In this document: piece by piece, positions 50,730 to 63,094 of the stretch | Position numbering within the stretch: position 1 is the stretch's first letter | How the letters are laid out: every line of letters starts with the position of its first letter | From: Carcharhinus amblyrhynchos | Lineage: Eukaryota | Assembly (NCBI GenBank): GCA_965287045.1 | Contig: OZ336884.1 | Span: forward strand, 48,732,001-48,796,000 | Reading direction: 5' to 3' | DNA length: 64,000 bases | Program-made: the position numbers and the translations under genes | Notes under the pieces: generated by a model | Databases searched by the model: none | What the model was told of the DNA's origin: nothing | The model's input: only the letters and a program-made list of their open reading frames with translations

Positions 50730-51697
50730 AGATCATAAGATGTTGGAGCAGAAGCAGGCCATTCAGCCCATCAGATCTGTTCCACTATTCAATGAGACAA
50801 TGGCTGATCAGAAATGATAATTCTCAACTCCACTCTCCTGCTTTATCCCCATAATCTGTGATTCCCTTACTGATTGAAAGTCTGTCTATCATAACTTTGA
50901 ACATACCTAATGACCTGGCTCCACAGCTCTGTGGTAAAGAATTCCTCAGATTCACTATCCTCTGATAGAAGAAATTCCTTCTCATCACTGTCTTAAATGG
51001 GTGACCCCATACTCTGAGATTATGCCATCTGATCCGAGACTCTCCCACAAGGGTAAATAACCTCTGAGTTTCTATGCTGTCAAACCCTCTGAGAATCCTA
51101 TATGCTTCAATAATTCTCCTCCAGTTCTTCTAAACTCCAATGAGTATACACTCAACCTACTCAACCTCTCCTTTTAGAAAATCCTTCCATATTCATAATT
51201 AACCTAGTAAACCTTCTTTGGACTGCTTCCAATGCCAATATATCTTTCCTTAGATAAGGGGAACAAAACTGTTCTCAGTATCCCAGGTGTGGTCTGACTA
51301 ACACCTTGCATAGTTTTAGCAAGATTTACCTATTTTTATACTCCATTCCCTTTGAAATGAAGGCCAAAATTCCATCTACCTTCCTATTACTTGTTGAAAT
51401 TGCATGCTAGTTTTTTGTGGTTTATGCACAAGGATCCCCAAATCCCTTTGTGCTGCAGCGTTCTGCAATTTTTCTCTATTTTAATGATATTCAGTAACTT
51501 TATTTTTCCTACCAAAGTGCATAACTTCATATTTCCCTACATTATAATCCATCTGCCAAGTTTTTGCCCACTCACTTAACCTGTCCACATTCCTCTGTAG
51601 ACTCTTTGCATCATACTCACCACTTGCCTTCCGACCAACTTTGTGCTATCCCCAAACTTGGCAATAGTACATCCATTGTCCTTGCCCAAGTCATTAA
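50730..51697 (-). mobile_element. CR1 3' ~1 kb fragment, moderately old
   Basis: ORF 50824-51048 RRNFFYQRIVNLRNSLP; tail; decayed RT. Confidence 0.9.
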
Positions 51698-51924
51698 TCT
51701 TGATTGGATTTTCTGGATTGCTTGCAAATGTCGGCAGAATATTTCATACATTTGCCATGTTTTGATTATTCCTTTCTATGGAATGAAGTAATTGATTCCT
51801 TGTTCATCAAATAGAGAAAAAAATCATGGCCCTTTGCGTGACATACAGATAGATCTGTGGAACTTTCAGTTCTGATACTCTCTGTTGGGCAATATCTAAA
51901 CAAATTTGAAGCAAAATTATTAAT

Positions 51925-52030
51925 TTCCAAATGAAATCAGAACATGCTGTAAATACTCATCAGTTCTGGCAACTTCAGTGGGAAGAGAAGCTGAGTTAAT
52001 CTTTCAGGTCCATGACCTTTCATCAGAACT
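51925..52030 (-). ncRNA. Short repeat with the best-preserved hammerhead motif (51994-52030)
   Basis: Minus strand AGTT-CTGATGA-A-AGGTC-ATG-GACCT-GAAAGAT-T-AACT: stems I and II pair perfectly. Confidence 0.65.
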
Positions 52031-53106
52031 ATTAAGCTCCACTCTGGCAAATAGGGTTGATGGTATTACAAGTGAAACATCCTTGCATATTGTATTTCTT
52101 ATTCGCAAGAGCATTGTATCTTGTTTGAACAATTTTTGAATGCTATGTATGAGTTAATCTGTATTCTCAATGTTGCATCAAGATATGGGCCTTTGCTTCA
52201 GCACATTTGTGCCCCATTCTGTCCCCTGCTGGTATTTCATTTACACTGGGAGGCAGCCATGCTCTGTGGGAAGCCCAGAACCCTCAGCTGTGCTGGCTAA
52301 TGCCAAGGAAAGTAAGGAGGGAGAAGGGACGTTCTCCTTTGCAGGCCACCTCTGCCCATTGTGAACATACTATCCCTACATCCCCTGTGGCTACTCAAAG
52401 TTAGCCCCCTCCACCTCACTGGGCCTATTGGCCCAGCCCAGGCCTGGTGATACCTCAAGATTGGGGCAAAGTTCTTGTCTTAAGGAAATGAATACTATTC
52501 CTGGTGTTGCATTGCTGAGGAACAGCCATAGCTACAGAGAACGGGCTCTTCACTGCCATTTTAACTGGGTGTTTGGAGACCATGGTGCCCGTAAAATCCA
52601 GCCCTGTGTAACTCGACTTACAACCCAGAATAACAGTCATTCATGGTTTCAGGCTGGAAATCCGAACCATAGATTGAAATGAACTGAAGTAGAAAATAGG
52701 AGAGGCAAAAATAGCAACAGAAAATCTATCTTTGTTTTACTAAAAGCTATTAGCATTAAAATGCATTTAGCGTTTGTCATCTATTAGTTTCACAACGGAA
52801 TTTCAAGACCAGAATCGATTAACATATCAGGTTATTATAATAAAACTATTCCTGACATATGAGTGACATTAATCCATGCTAACATTTGACTTGGCATCAT
52901 GATCAGAGTACTGAAAGACTGGCAAGCCTGAAAGGAAAAGAATTCCCCAGTGATCCCAGGATTAACAGTAACATTTATAGCCAGCATAAATAGGGAAAGA
53001 GGCTGGTAAGACATGGCTTTATAGGATGCTGCATTGAGTATAGCTTGTGGCATAGAGTGCTTTGTTGTGAACAATATTGGGCAACCCAGGATGGAGTTAA
53101 CAACGT

Positions 53107-54170
53107 GGGGGCGATTTTCCCAAAAACAATTCTAAGTGTCGAATTTGTGTAAAATTTGGCATAACTCCTGCTAGTTCTTTTTGGCAGGATTTTCAAAATG
53201 AATCTCCCATACTCTCTGTACTGCAGAGTGCTTCAGAGAGATTCACACTGAAAATCAGGGGGTCTATTCCTGCTGGAGAGGCTGCCAACATAGTGCTGAG
53301 TGAGGCCACTGCGCATGCACCAATCTGTCAGAGCAGAGATTGGCGCATGCACAGTAGCTCCGCACTGATCGTTGACCAGCTGAATTGCTGGCCGGCACAA
53401 CAACCCTGCATCGCTGGCCTTCCAATGCCCCCCATCCCCCAATCACTGTCCTCCCATACCTCCCCAGGCCAGCAACGATGTCCACCCTCTTCTCATGGTC
53501 CAACCTGACCTTCCTGATCCCCATTACCTTGGCGTCCCCACCGGCAGTCCTGACCTCCCACCAGCAGTCCCAACCACACTTCACAGGCAGCCCCAATGCC
53601 CAGACTGGCAGCCCGCTCCTCACCACCTGGATGGTCAGCCCTGATCACCCCCTTCCCTCCGTCTGCCAATGATCCCTATACAGTGCGGCAGTGGAGCTCC
53701 CCATCCCCATTGGTCCCCAGTAGGCCCCACTCCATCTCGCTCCACCCCCTTGTCATTGCCCAATGCCTGGTGGGAAATGCCGAGTTGCCCCTTGGGCATT
53801 GTCACTTTGCTTCATGGGCAGTGCTAGGGGACTAGGCTGGCCCGGCCCAGCTTGCAGTGCCCAGGAAGCACCCGCCCCCTTAACCTCCAACCTTCTGGGT
53901 CAGGCTGCCCGTTCCCGTTAGTGGGAACCCCGCTGGAGTGAACCACATCCTGATGGGTGTTGGTGGTGATGGGGAGGGTGGGGGGTGGTGTGGGGGGGGA
54001 TGGGGGGAGGAGGAGGGCAGGTGGAGGTGTTAACGGGCTCAGAGACTTGAAATGATGATTTAAATCTGGTAGAAATCCTGGCCCCGGAAATGCACAGAGG
54101 CTGTGACGCTAGCGGGGAGCCTGCTAAACAGCCTTCGCTGATGTCTCCCAGGCTGGGAGAATCTGCCCCC
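53107..54170. mobile_element. ~1.06 kb TIR element, family of 38257-39191
   Basis: GGGGGCGATTTTCCC ... GGGAGAATCTGCCCCC; shared GAATCTC...ACTCT.TG.ACTGCAGAG. Confidence 0.8.
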
Positions 54171-54784
54171 ACCTCCCCCCCCACCCCCCCCAACCCGCAA
54201 TGCCTGTTTCTATTAGTGAAGCAGCAGAGCTGTCGATATTTTTGTCTCTGATGTTATGCAAAACCTTGCGTCAACCTTAAGGATTTGCAATTTAACAAAG
54301 GCTGCATCAAGGAAACCATTTTCTTTAGAAATATTAAACAGAACCAAAGTATTTGTTTGGGATAATTTAGTTCTTAATACACAACAGTTCAATTAATACC
54401 TGCTTCAGAATATACATCCAACCTAATAATTCCTGTTGCATTTTGTCAAACAAAACTAGCAGATGCTGAAGATGCCATTCCCACAAGTTAGTCCTCCCAC
54501 TGGTCCAGCAGCATGGCTCCTCATATAAAAAGGAGGTTGTTTCCAGAAGAAGCCAAGACAGCATGATGACAATTTAAACAAATTGGTCTTCACATTGTTG
54601 ACTGCAAACTTTCTTCCCCTTGTTTTCACACCACCTGCTAATTGTGCCATTAGAGATGATTGGCAATCTCTTCAGGAAAGCAATTACTTATCTCTTCTCA
54701 GATGGAAAGAAATGAGCAATATTTTTGAAATGCAACATTTTCTCTGAACTTCTAATTAGAATTTAAGTCTGTAAATGGTAATTG

Positions 54785-56490
54785 ACCAGAATTTTCAAAA
54801 AAGAAACCAGAAGTAATCCTGCCATTGTGTCCGAATGTGGGAACCGAGCCTCTGCAGCCGAGTGGCGGAACATTGGGTGGCATTCTACTGCTGTCCAATT
54901 AGAAAGGCAGACTGCCTCTCACCAGCTGCTGGCTCAAAGGGCTGGTGATGCTGTAACCTCAATTGTTAGAGCTTGGCACAGCTGAAAGAAGCTAAAGATG
55001 CTTCCGTGTTGATGCTCCCTTGAAAACAAGGTTTTTCTTCATGCAAGGGCCAGGCAGGCACAAAGACCGCAGTAATTGGGCTGGTTTGGATGGTCCACTT
55101 TACAATGGCAATACCATGGTCATGGGGGGAACCATTGTCACAGTAGGGGGAGAGGCACCTTGAACCGTGGAGTGGTCGTAACGGTGGGCCTCCTCCAGGA
55201 CCCCATTGAGAGGCCACCAGGATTTATTGGCTAGTCTTGTGGTGACAATACTTCCCGGTGCCTGCAAAATGGCAGTGGGGGAAGGAAGTGGCCAAATTGG
55301 GCACTTAATTTGGCATATTCATTCATCAGTTGACAGCTGTGCCACTGAAGTTCCGTCCCTGATGGTGTCCAGTGGCAGCAGGAGGTTGTTGGAGTGCTCT
55401 CCCAATGTCTTCTGCCATCATTATAGCTGTAGAGGATGTGTCTTTCAAGGCTGAGATTGATAGATTTTTAATCAGTGGTGGAGATAAAGGTTATGGGGAT
55501 AAGGCAGGAAAGAGAACCTAATGAGTGCTAGATCAGCCGTGATCATATTAAATGACACAGCAAGCACGAAGGGCTGAATAGCCTTCTCCTGTTCCTATTT
55601 CTTATAGTCTTATGCTCTTATGGTTTTCCAAGCTGAATTGGAAGGACATGGAGTCTTTGGAGAGAGCACAGAAAAGATTTATCAGGATGATGAGGAGAGA
55701 TTGAATAAATTGGGCTTGTTCCCTGGAAAGACGAAGGTTGATGGGCGACCTAATAGAAATTTATAAAATTATGAGAAGTATAGATAGAGTGAACAGTTGG
55801 AAGCTTTTTCCCAGGGCAGAAATGACAATTACAAGGGGGCACAAGTTCAAGATTAGGAGAGAAAGATTCAGCGAAGATGTGTGGGGGAAGTTTTTTTACA
55901 CAGAAGATGATGGGGGCCTGAAATACACCGCCAAGTGAGGTGGTTGAGGTAGGTCCGTTAGCCATATTTTAGACTTATCATAGTAGACATATGAACAAAT
56001 GGGGAATAGAAGGATATAAATGGTTGGTCTAGATGGGTAAACGTGTTCATTGTAGGCTTGTAGGGCTGAGGGGCCTGTTCCTGTTCTGTACTGATCTTTG
56101 TTCTTTGGTCACCCTGCTGGACCTCCTGCAACCAGAGATGGGATAGAAGACATTGTGGAGAGCACAGCATCAGCAGATGGCTCATGGAGGCATCACTAAA
56201 CCTGGGAGTAGATGTCCTCTTGCCTTAGGGAGCAACATGCAGCAATCCCAGACTCCACAGACTGAGGTAGATGTGCGTGGATGCAGTTTAAATGTGGTGG
56301 CCAGAGTGAGGAAGCACTGAGGTCACAGCGTGGCAGGCAAACTGAGTCTGCCCACCAACGACCGGCGAGTTTCTCATGCCTGTATAATTAATGAAGCAGG
56401 GAGTGGACAGTATGGCGTGAAAACCCACCATTGCAGCCAGCGGGCAAAATGCTGATTTTCATAGCTTTCAGGGTAATTCAGGGAAAATTA
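54785..56490. mobile_element. Harbinger-derived element with Myb/SANT-like ORF remnant, interrupted by CR1s
   Basis: Left end GACCAGAATTTTC; minus strand ~56110-56210 reads PRFSDASM..L/DAV...VFYP.SG.RRSS across frameshifts. Confidence 0.5.
55430..56105 (+). mobile_element. Two tandem CR1 3' fragments (55430-55622, 55630-56105)
   Basis: Each ends in its own tail; ORF 55738 GDLIEIYKIM...TRGHKFKI. Confidence 0.85.
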
Positions 56491-57134
56491 TTAAAAGGAT
56501 TTTTTTGATTTTGCCTACAAAATATGAAACTGTTGAAAGCCTCATTTATAGTCAGTAACCAATTCAGTACATTGAAAACGACATTAAGGATTGATTTCAA
56601 ATAAGAGGAATTTGAGTCAGACCCCCTCACCTGGTTTATCCTAATATAGAGCATTCATTACTAGGTAAATATTGGAGGTGACATTTGAAGAAACTAGTAT
56701 AATAGCATCATTTGCAAACAATCTTAAGCTATTATCCGCTATTCACAGATGTATATACGTGCAATAAGTTGAAAATGTTGCTTTGAGCTCCACATTGCAG
56801 TGTGTAACTGATTTATCCGGACCATGGAGTGGGTTCACATTAATTTCAAGTTCTTATAGTACTAATCAAAGGAAGGAAACACTCCAACAATCCAATGTGC
56901 GTGAACTACTGGGTTATTTGCCTAAATAATAAGGCACTGCATTTCCAATTCAATATCTGCAAAGCATTTTGAGATTGTTCTGAAATGTTTTAAGGCATTA
57001 TGCAATTGCAGGTCTTCCTTTCATTATAAATGTGATCTGTTTTTGCTGTGTTTAAAAAATTGAAACGCTGCTAGCAGTGATAATATTGGTGAGTATTGTA
57101 TACATTCCTCTGATTAGTGTACTACATTTTTAAA

Positions 57135-57625
57135 AATTCATTTGTGGGACATGGGCGTCATTGACTGGCTAGCATTTATTGCCTATCCCTAGTTGCCCTT
57201 GAACTGAATGGCTTGTTTGGCCATTTCAGAGGGCAGTTGAGGGTCAACCACATTGCTGTGGTTCTGGAGTCACATGTAGGCCGGATCAGGTAAGGACAGC
57301 AGATTTCCTTCCCTAAAGGACATTAGTGAGTCAGAAACAAAACAGAAAATGCTGGAAAACCTCAGCAGGACTAACAGCATCTGTGGAGAGAGAAAGAGGC
57401 AATGTTTCAAGTCTAGATGACCCTTCATCAGAGCATCAGTGAACCAGATAGGTTTTTCCGACGATTGACAATGGTTTCATGGTCATCAATAGATTCTTAG
57501 TTCCAGATTTTTTTAATTGAATTCAAATTCCACCATCATGGGATTCGAACTTAGTCCTCAGAACCCATGTCCATCTGAGTTTCTGGATTTATAGTCCAGT
57601 GATTAATAAGCCATCGCCTTCCCCA
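57135..57625 (-). mobile_element. SINE type C, full length, with nested hammerhead repeat (57331-57434)
   Basis: Minus-strand B-box GTTCGAATCC; core as in 32880-33212; lineage-B tail. Confidence 0.8.
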
Positions 57626-57639
57626 ATATACTACTATAT

Positions 57640-57780
57640 NNNNNNNNNNNNNNNNNNNNNNNNNNNNNNNNNNNNNNNNNNNNNNNNNNNNNNNNNNNNN
57701 NNNNNNNNNNNNNNNNNNNNNNNNNNNNNNNNNNNNNNNNNNNNNNNNNNNNNNNNNNNNNNNNNNNNNNNNNNNNNNNN
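57640..57780. other. Assembly gap (141 N)
   Basis: Run of N. Confidence 1.
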
Positions 57781-57851
57781 AACCAATTTAAAAGTTGCCA
57801 TCCTTTTCTTTACAACTTTTTCATTTGTCTGCATTGGATATTCCTGTGATG

Positions 57852-57987
57852 AGGGCAGCAGAGTGGCACAGTGGTTAGCATCACAGCACCAGAGGCCCGG
57901 ATTCAATTCCGGCCTTGGTGACTGTGTGGAGTCGGCACATTCTTCCCATGTCTGCGTGGGTTTCCTCCGAGTGTGCTGGTTTCCTCC
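57852..57987 (+). mobile_element. V-SINE 5' part
   Basis: Head and V-domain, no tail. Confidence 0.85.
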
Positions 57988-58199
57988 TTTGACATCCTTT
58001 ATCACTGTGACCATGGCAAACTATGTCTCCTCATTCTGCATGATCCTATTTGCAGTCTTTGACACAGCTCACCCTTTCACCCAATATACAGCTGCTTGGA
58101 ACTGCACTCAGCTGGTTCCATTCCAGCCAGTTGTCAGAGAACCACCATAGCCCTAAACAACAACGTTTGAAAATACAATATCAGGCCAGCTCCTCCTCA

Positions 58200-59390
58200 T
58201 CATCACCTCTCTCTCTATCTAAACTGTCTCTAAATTGTCAGGCTGCTTATCCAAAATCCAGTACTGGATGGGCAGAAATTTCCTCCAATTTAATATTAGG
58301 AAGACTAATTTTTTTCCCGGTACCTGCTATGAAAGCTCTGCTCCCAAGTTACCAACTCTATCTCTCTCCCTGGGAACTGTCTGATGCTGAATAAGACAGT
58401 TCATCAACTTACTTCTTTACTTGACTTCTAGATGAGCTTCCAACTATACATCCATGCCCTCAATAAGATAGTCTATTTCCAGCTCTATAACCTTTCCTGA
58501 CTTTACCCTTGTCTCACTCCATCTGTTGCTGAAATCCTTATCCGTGCCTTAGTCAAATGTAAAGGAAACAATCTGTACACCTGGCCAACTTCCCATTTTC
58601 CATCTTCTTTCAACTTAAGACAGGATGGATAGTCAGAAGCTTTTTCCCAGGGTGGAAGTGTCAATTAGAAGGGGGCACAAGTTCAAGATGTGAAGGGAAA
58701 TGTTTAAGGGTGATGTGTAGGGGAAGGTTTTCATGCAGAGAGTAATGGATGCCTGGAACATACTACCAGAGGAGATAGTGAAAACAGGCACTATTTAAGA
58801 GGCATTTGATTGGGCACATGAATAGGAAGCCAATAGAGGGATATAGTCCGAGTAAGGGCAGAAGATTTTTTTTTAGTTTAGTTAGGGCATCATGATCAGT
58901 AAAGGGTTTGGTGGGCTGAAGGGCCTGTTCCTGTGCTGTACTTTTCTTTGTTCTTTGTAATGTAATCCAAAATTCCGCTGTCCATATTCTAACTCACAGC
59001 AAACCTCGTATACCTATTACACAATCACTGACCTACGCTCCAACCCAGTGAAACAATAGCTCACTTTTATCTCATCCTTATGGAAATAGCCCTCTCACAG
59101 CCTAACCCATCTCTTTCTTTGTAACCTCCTCTTGCCTTCCAATTCTGGCTTCTTCAGCATCCTGGATTGTAACCTCTTGACCATTGGAGGCTGCACTAAA
59201 ACCCTTAGCTCTTCCCTCTCCAAACTCTCTCTATCTCTTTCAATATCATTTCTTTAATATTGAGTTCTTGTCACCTTCACTAATATTTTTTATGTAGCTC
59301 GCTATCAAATTTGGTTCAATAATTGCTCCTGCAAAACTCCTTGGGCCATTATATTAGGTAAAAGGCACAACTGAGTGTGAGTTGTTGTAG
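58200..59390 (+). mobile_element. Old L2-like LINE fragment interrupted by a CR1 piece (58615-58957)
   Basis: CL..IQYWM.RNFLQ.N.GK, AEILI.ALV and IQNSA motifs; TGTTGT tail. Confidence 0.7.
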
Positions 59391-61957
59391 TAGGTGGATA
59401 TACCAGGCGTGTTAATGTGTTGGGTGATCTTTCAGCATATATTTAAAACTGAAAATGTTTGTAACAATCCAGCCTGGCTGGAAACATTCTGCAGCATACA
59501 GCTGGCAGGATATGTAAAAATTTAAGAAGAGGAAATAAGCTACATTGCCAAACTTCAACAACAGTAAAGATAGATTTCGCATTTCTACTTCATCCAAAAC
59601 AAAAGAGAAAACAGCTAAAAATGTTTTTTTTTCAATGTACAGAACTTTGAAACATTTCATTACCAATTCTATTTCCATCTAGCTTCTAAATAAAGGTATC
59701 ACAATTAGCGATAGCATTGTTCTGTTAGTCTAAATGACAATAATACATTACCTCAGCAGAAATAGGAGCAGCATTAACTTAACCCAGAACAGAAAACAAT
59801 CAAGTGAATCACTATCATTTCTCCTGCTATTATTGATTTTCTGAATGATATTCCTTCTAGATGTATACAGTACTTGCTCTCTCACCCAGAGTTTCTGTAG
59901 TCGCCCATCCACAGGCAGTTTCTAGCTTCTCAGATGATGACCATCTCACAAGCTATATCATGAGTGCCCCGACTGTTAGCTAAGTCTCAACAATACTTCA
60001 ACACTGATAACCCCCATTGCTGTGATCTTTTGATGAAGCATGATGAATGGAAAACAGTGTATTCACATTGTGAAAGAATTATTGCTTTATAGAAATGTTA
60101 TACAAGGACAAGTTCTTTTGCAGCACAGGATGATGATGCTACTCTCAATGCTGATACACATGAACATGCAAGACTGATGGAGGAAAAGGCCTATTGATAC
60201 AGGCAGCCTGTCCCATTCTGTAGTGATTCAGTTGCATCACAGCACATATAATACCTGCCAAACCTCTACTTCCAGAGTCATCATGCCAATCTAAATTGAG
60301 AAAGGGACTGAAGCTTAAGTGTTGTTAGTCCCCGCATTTACAGAATGGTATAGAAAGGGAGAGTAGCAGTTTGATAACACTGAATGAAGGAAGCAGAGAT
60401 GAAGATGTCCAGTCGGTTTCCTCAATCTACAATTCTGTTCCATCCACTTCCAGTTTAATTTATATGCTTTGGAAGACAAAGTCCTTCAAAGGAAAAATAT
60501 ACTTTTCCTGTCTCTCTAAAATAAATAACCAATTTTTCTCTGACCATCGTTTCTCCATCAAGATTATGTAGCTGACTGGAAAAAATTATCTTCTTAACCT
60601 CCAACTTCATTCTACTCTGGAGAATGAAGTGTAGTCATGATTAATTATTCATAATCTTACTGCGCTGTATCTCCCAGAAGTTTCATTTCTATCTTCTGTT
60701 ATTCTTGATACCTATTAGAATCAATATTAACATACTTTATACATAATTTGTTTGATTCATTATTTATCACTAGGACTATTTATCATATTTTGTCTATTAG
60801 TAAATATATGCAATCACTTGGACAATGTTGTGCCTTCGTTGTTGTGGTTCTGGCTTCCAAAGAAATAAATCTGTTGAATTTGGTATCATCATCCAGTTGC
60901 TATCAAAACTTTGGATGAGTGAACCCACATCAATAACTTCACAACAAGGAAGCTAGTCAACACTTATCACTCACATCTGCCAAAGGCTGTGTAGAAAATT
61001 GATTACAATAATGCATAGAAGCTGACTCTTGATTTGCATAACATTCTGAGCAATTAGAAATCAGGACAAAACATCCATTTTCACTGCATTTAAATCTATT
61101 TTGATAGCTAACTTGTGTGAAAAGTGCAGAATACTTCAAAATGTTTATCATTCTTCCAGAAAACAGCATGATGCAAAAGTTACCAATTTTATGTGACTCC
61201 CAGATTGCCTTCAAGTTAGTGTGCTTAGCAAAGTACAAAAAGTCTTCTATTTCATGGTAATTGAACACAAGATTGCTGGCATCTTACACACATTGAATGA
61301 ACTGTGCTAAAGCTGTTAAGTGCTGAATTTGGCTTCCTCGGCAAATTTATTAGTTTACAAACATTACATTATCTGATACAATTCAGGTGTAAAAAAAGTT
61401 AACTGCTATTCTTAGCAGGGTGTGCTAAACTCAAAATTACAATATTTTTTGTACCAATTTTGCTAAAGTGTCTATTATTGCGTCCTTGGTGATAAAAGAA
61501 CTTTCATACAAAACGTGATTGATGCTTACTGATGTCAAACTTCTGGGCTGGTGAAGTGTCAATTATAATAACACTTAGTGATGATTAGACTTAATCAAAA
61601 TGGTACAACCAATATCTTGAAACTACAAGGGCCAAGAAAATCGCAATATATTATCAATTGTAGAAACTGATGGCGATCACAGTTCTAAACTCATGTTTTG
61701 TTGGAAATTTGGGATTCATATAACTTGAATTCTAATAAAGACCATGACACTGATGTGTTCCTAAAGAGAAGTACCTAAATCAGCCTAAATTATTTTCATT
61801 TGAATTGCTGTTGGAATGTACTCCTGTTGTGAGCGTACCCTTCTTCACCAATATAGTAGATGCTATTGTGCGAGCTTTCTGCTTGCCATTGTGTTGTCTT
61901 AGTAAGTTGCAGAGCACCTGAAAGGCAGGTGCAGCATGGTCCAGTTTCTAGGCCATA

Positions 61958-62263
61958 AGTTTTAAGTTTAAGTTTATTTATTAGTGTCACAAGGAGACTC
62001 ATATTAACACTGCAATGAAGTTACTGTGAAAATCCCCAACTGGCCACACTCCAGCACCTGTTTGAGCACACTGAAGGAGAATTTAGCATCACTAATGCAC
62101 CTAACCAGCGCATCTTTCTGACTGTGAGAGGAAACTGGAGCATTCGAAGGAAACCCATACAGACAAGGGGAGAATGTGCAGACAGTGACCCAAGGCGGGA
62201 ATTTAATCCAGGTCCCTGGCGCTGTGAGACAACAGTGCAAACCACTGTGCCACCATGTCGCCC
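61958..62263 (-). mobile_element. V-SINE, tail B
   Basis: (AAGTTT)n ATTTATTAGTGTCAC tail through head. Confidence 0.92.
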
Positions 62264-62651
62264 TAGTGTCCTAATGACATTTCACTGCGCAATATATTTA
62301 ATGATGTTGCTCCATTTATAATAAACTGTGCAAATTAACTCAAAAGAAGCTGGAGAAATGTTGTACAAAAATGTAAAAGTTAATCTGTAAATATTTAGGG
62401 GGTTATTTAGCCCTAGGCTGAAAATAGGCATTAACTGGGTCCAATGCTAATTAGACAAGCCTGTTCAAAAGCTCAGAAAAATCACACAATTTTGATTGTA
62501 ATGATAAATTACAATAATTTGAACAAGCCTAGAGATGGCATTCACATGTTGATTAGACACAATTTTCATGGAGCAGTACATATGAGCACTATGCACTGAC
62601 TGCAGCTAAATGGTAGCATATTCTGAATGACAAACAGCAGCATATGGCATG

Positions 62652-63090
62652 ATGGCTCAGGGATCCAGAAAGACGAAATACAGGTTATTGGATGCCACAT
62701 TTGAGGTCCTGGTGGAGGAAATCCAGCATTACCCAATATAATTAAGGACCCCACACACCCTGGACATTCTCTCTTCCACCTTCTTATGTCGGGAAAAAGA
62801 TACTGAAGTCTGAGGACACGTACAAACCGACTCAAGAACAGCTTCTTCACTGCTGCCATCAAACTTCTGAATGGACCTACCTTGCAGTCATTTGATCTTT
62901 CTCTACACCCTAGCTATGACTGTAACACTACATTCTGCATTATCTCGTTTCCTTCTCTATGAACAGCATGCTTTGTCTGTATAGCACGCAAGGAACAATA
63001 CTTTTCACTGTATAGTAATATATGTGATACTAATAACTCAAATCAAATTAAATCAAATCAAAGGAGGAAAGATGTTCTGAACCCGCAGGG
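62652..63090 (+). pseudogene. Myb/SANT-like Harbinger accessory ORF N-terminus, split by Rex1
   Basis: MAQGSRKTKYRLLDATFEVLVEEI | RRKDVLNPQG. Confidence 0.45.
62724..63060 (+). mobile_element. Rex1/Babar-like LINE 3' end
   Basis: IIKDPTHPGHSLFHLLMSGKRY*SLRTRTNRLKNSFFTAAIKLLN; (AAATC)n tail. Confidence 0.85.
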
Positions 63091-63094
63091 AGTG

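Noticed and set aside
54520-54535. TATA-box promoter (TATAAAAAGG)
   Set aside because: Isolated motif with no downstream gene evidence
57599-58150. 183-aa ORF
   Set aside because: Artefact of the N gap plus SINE sequence
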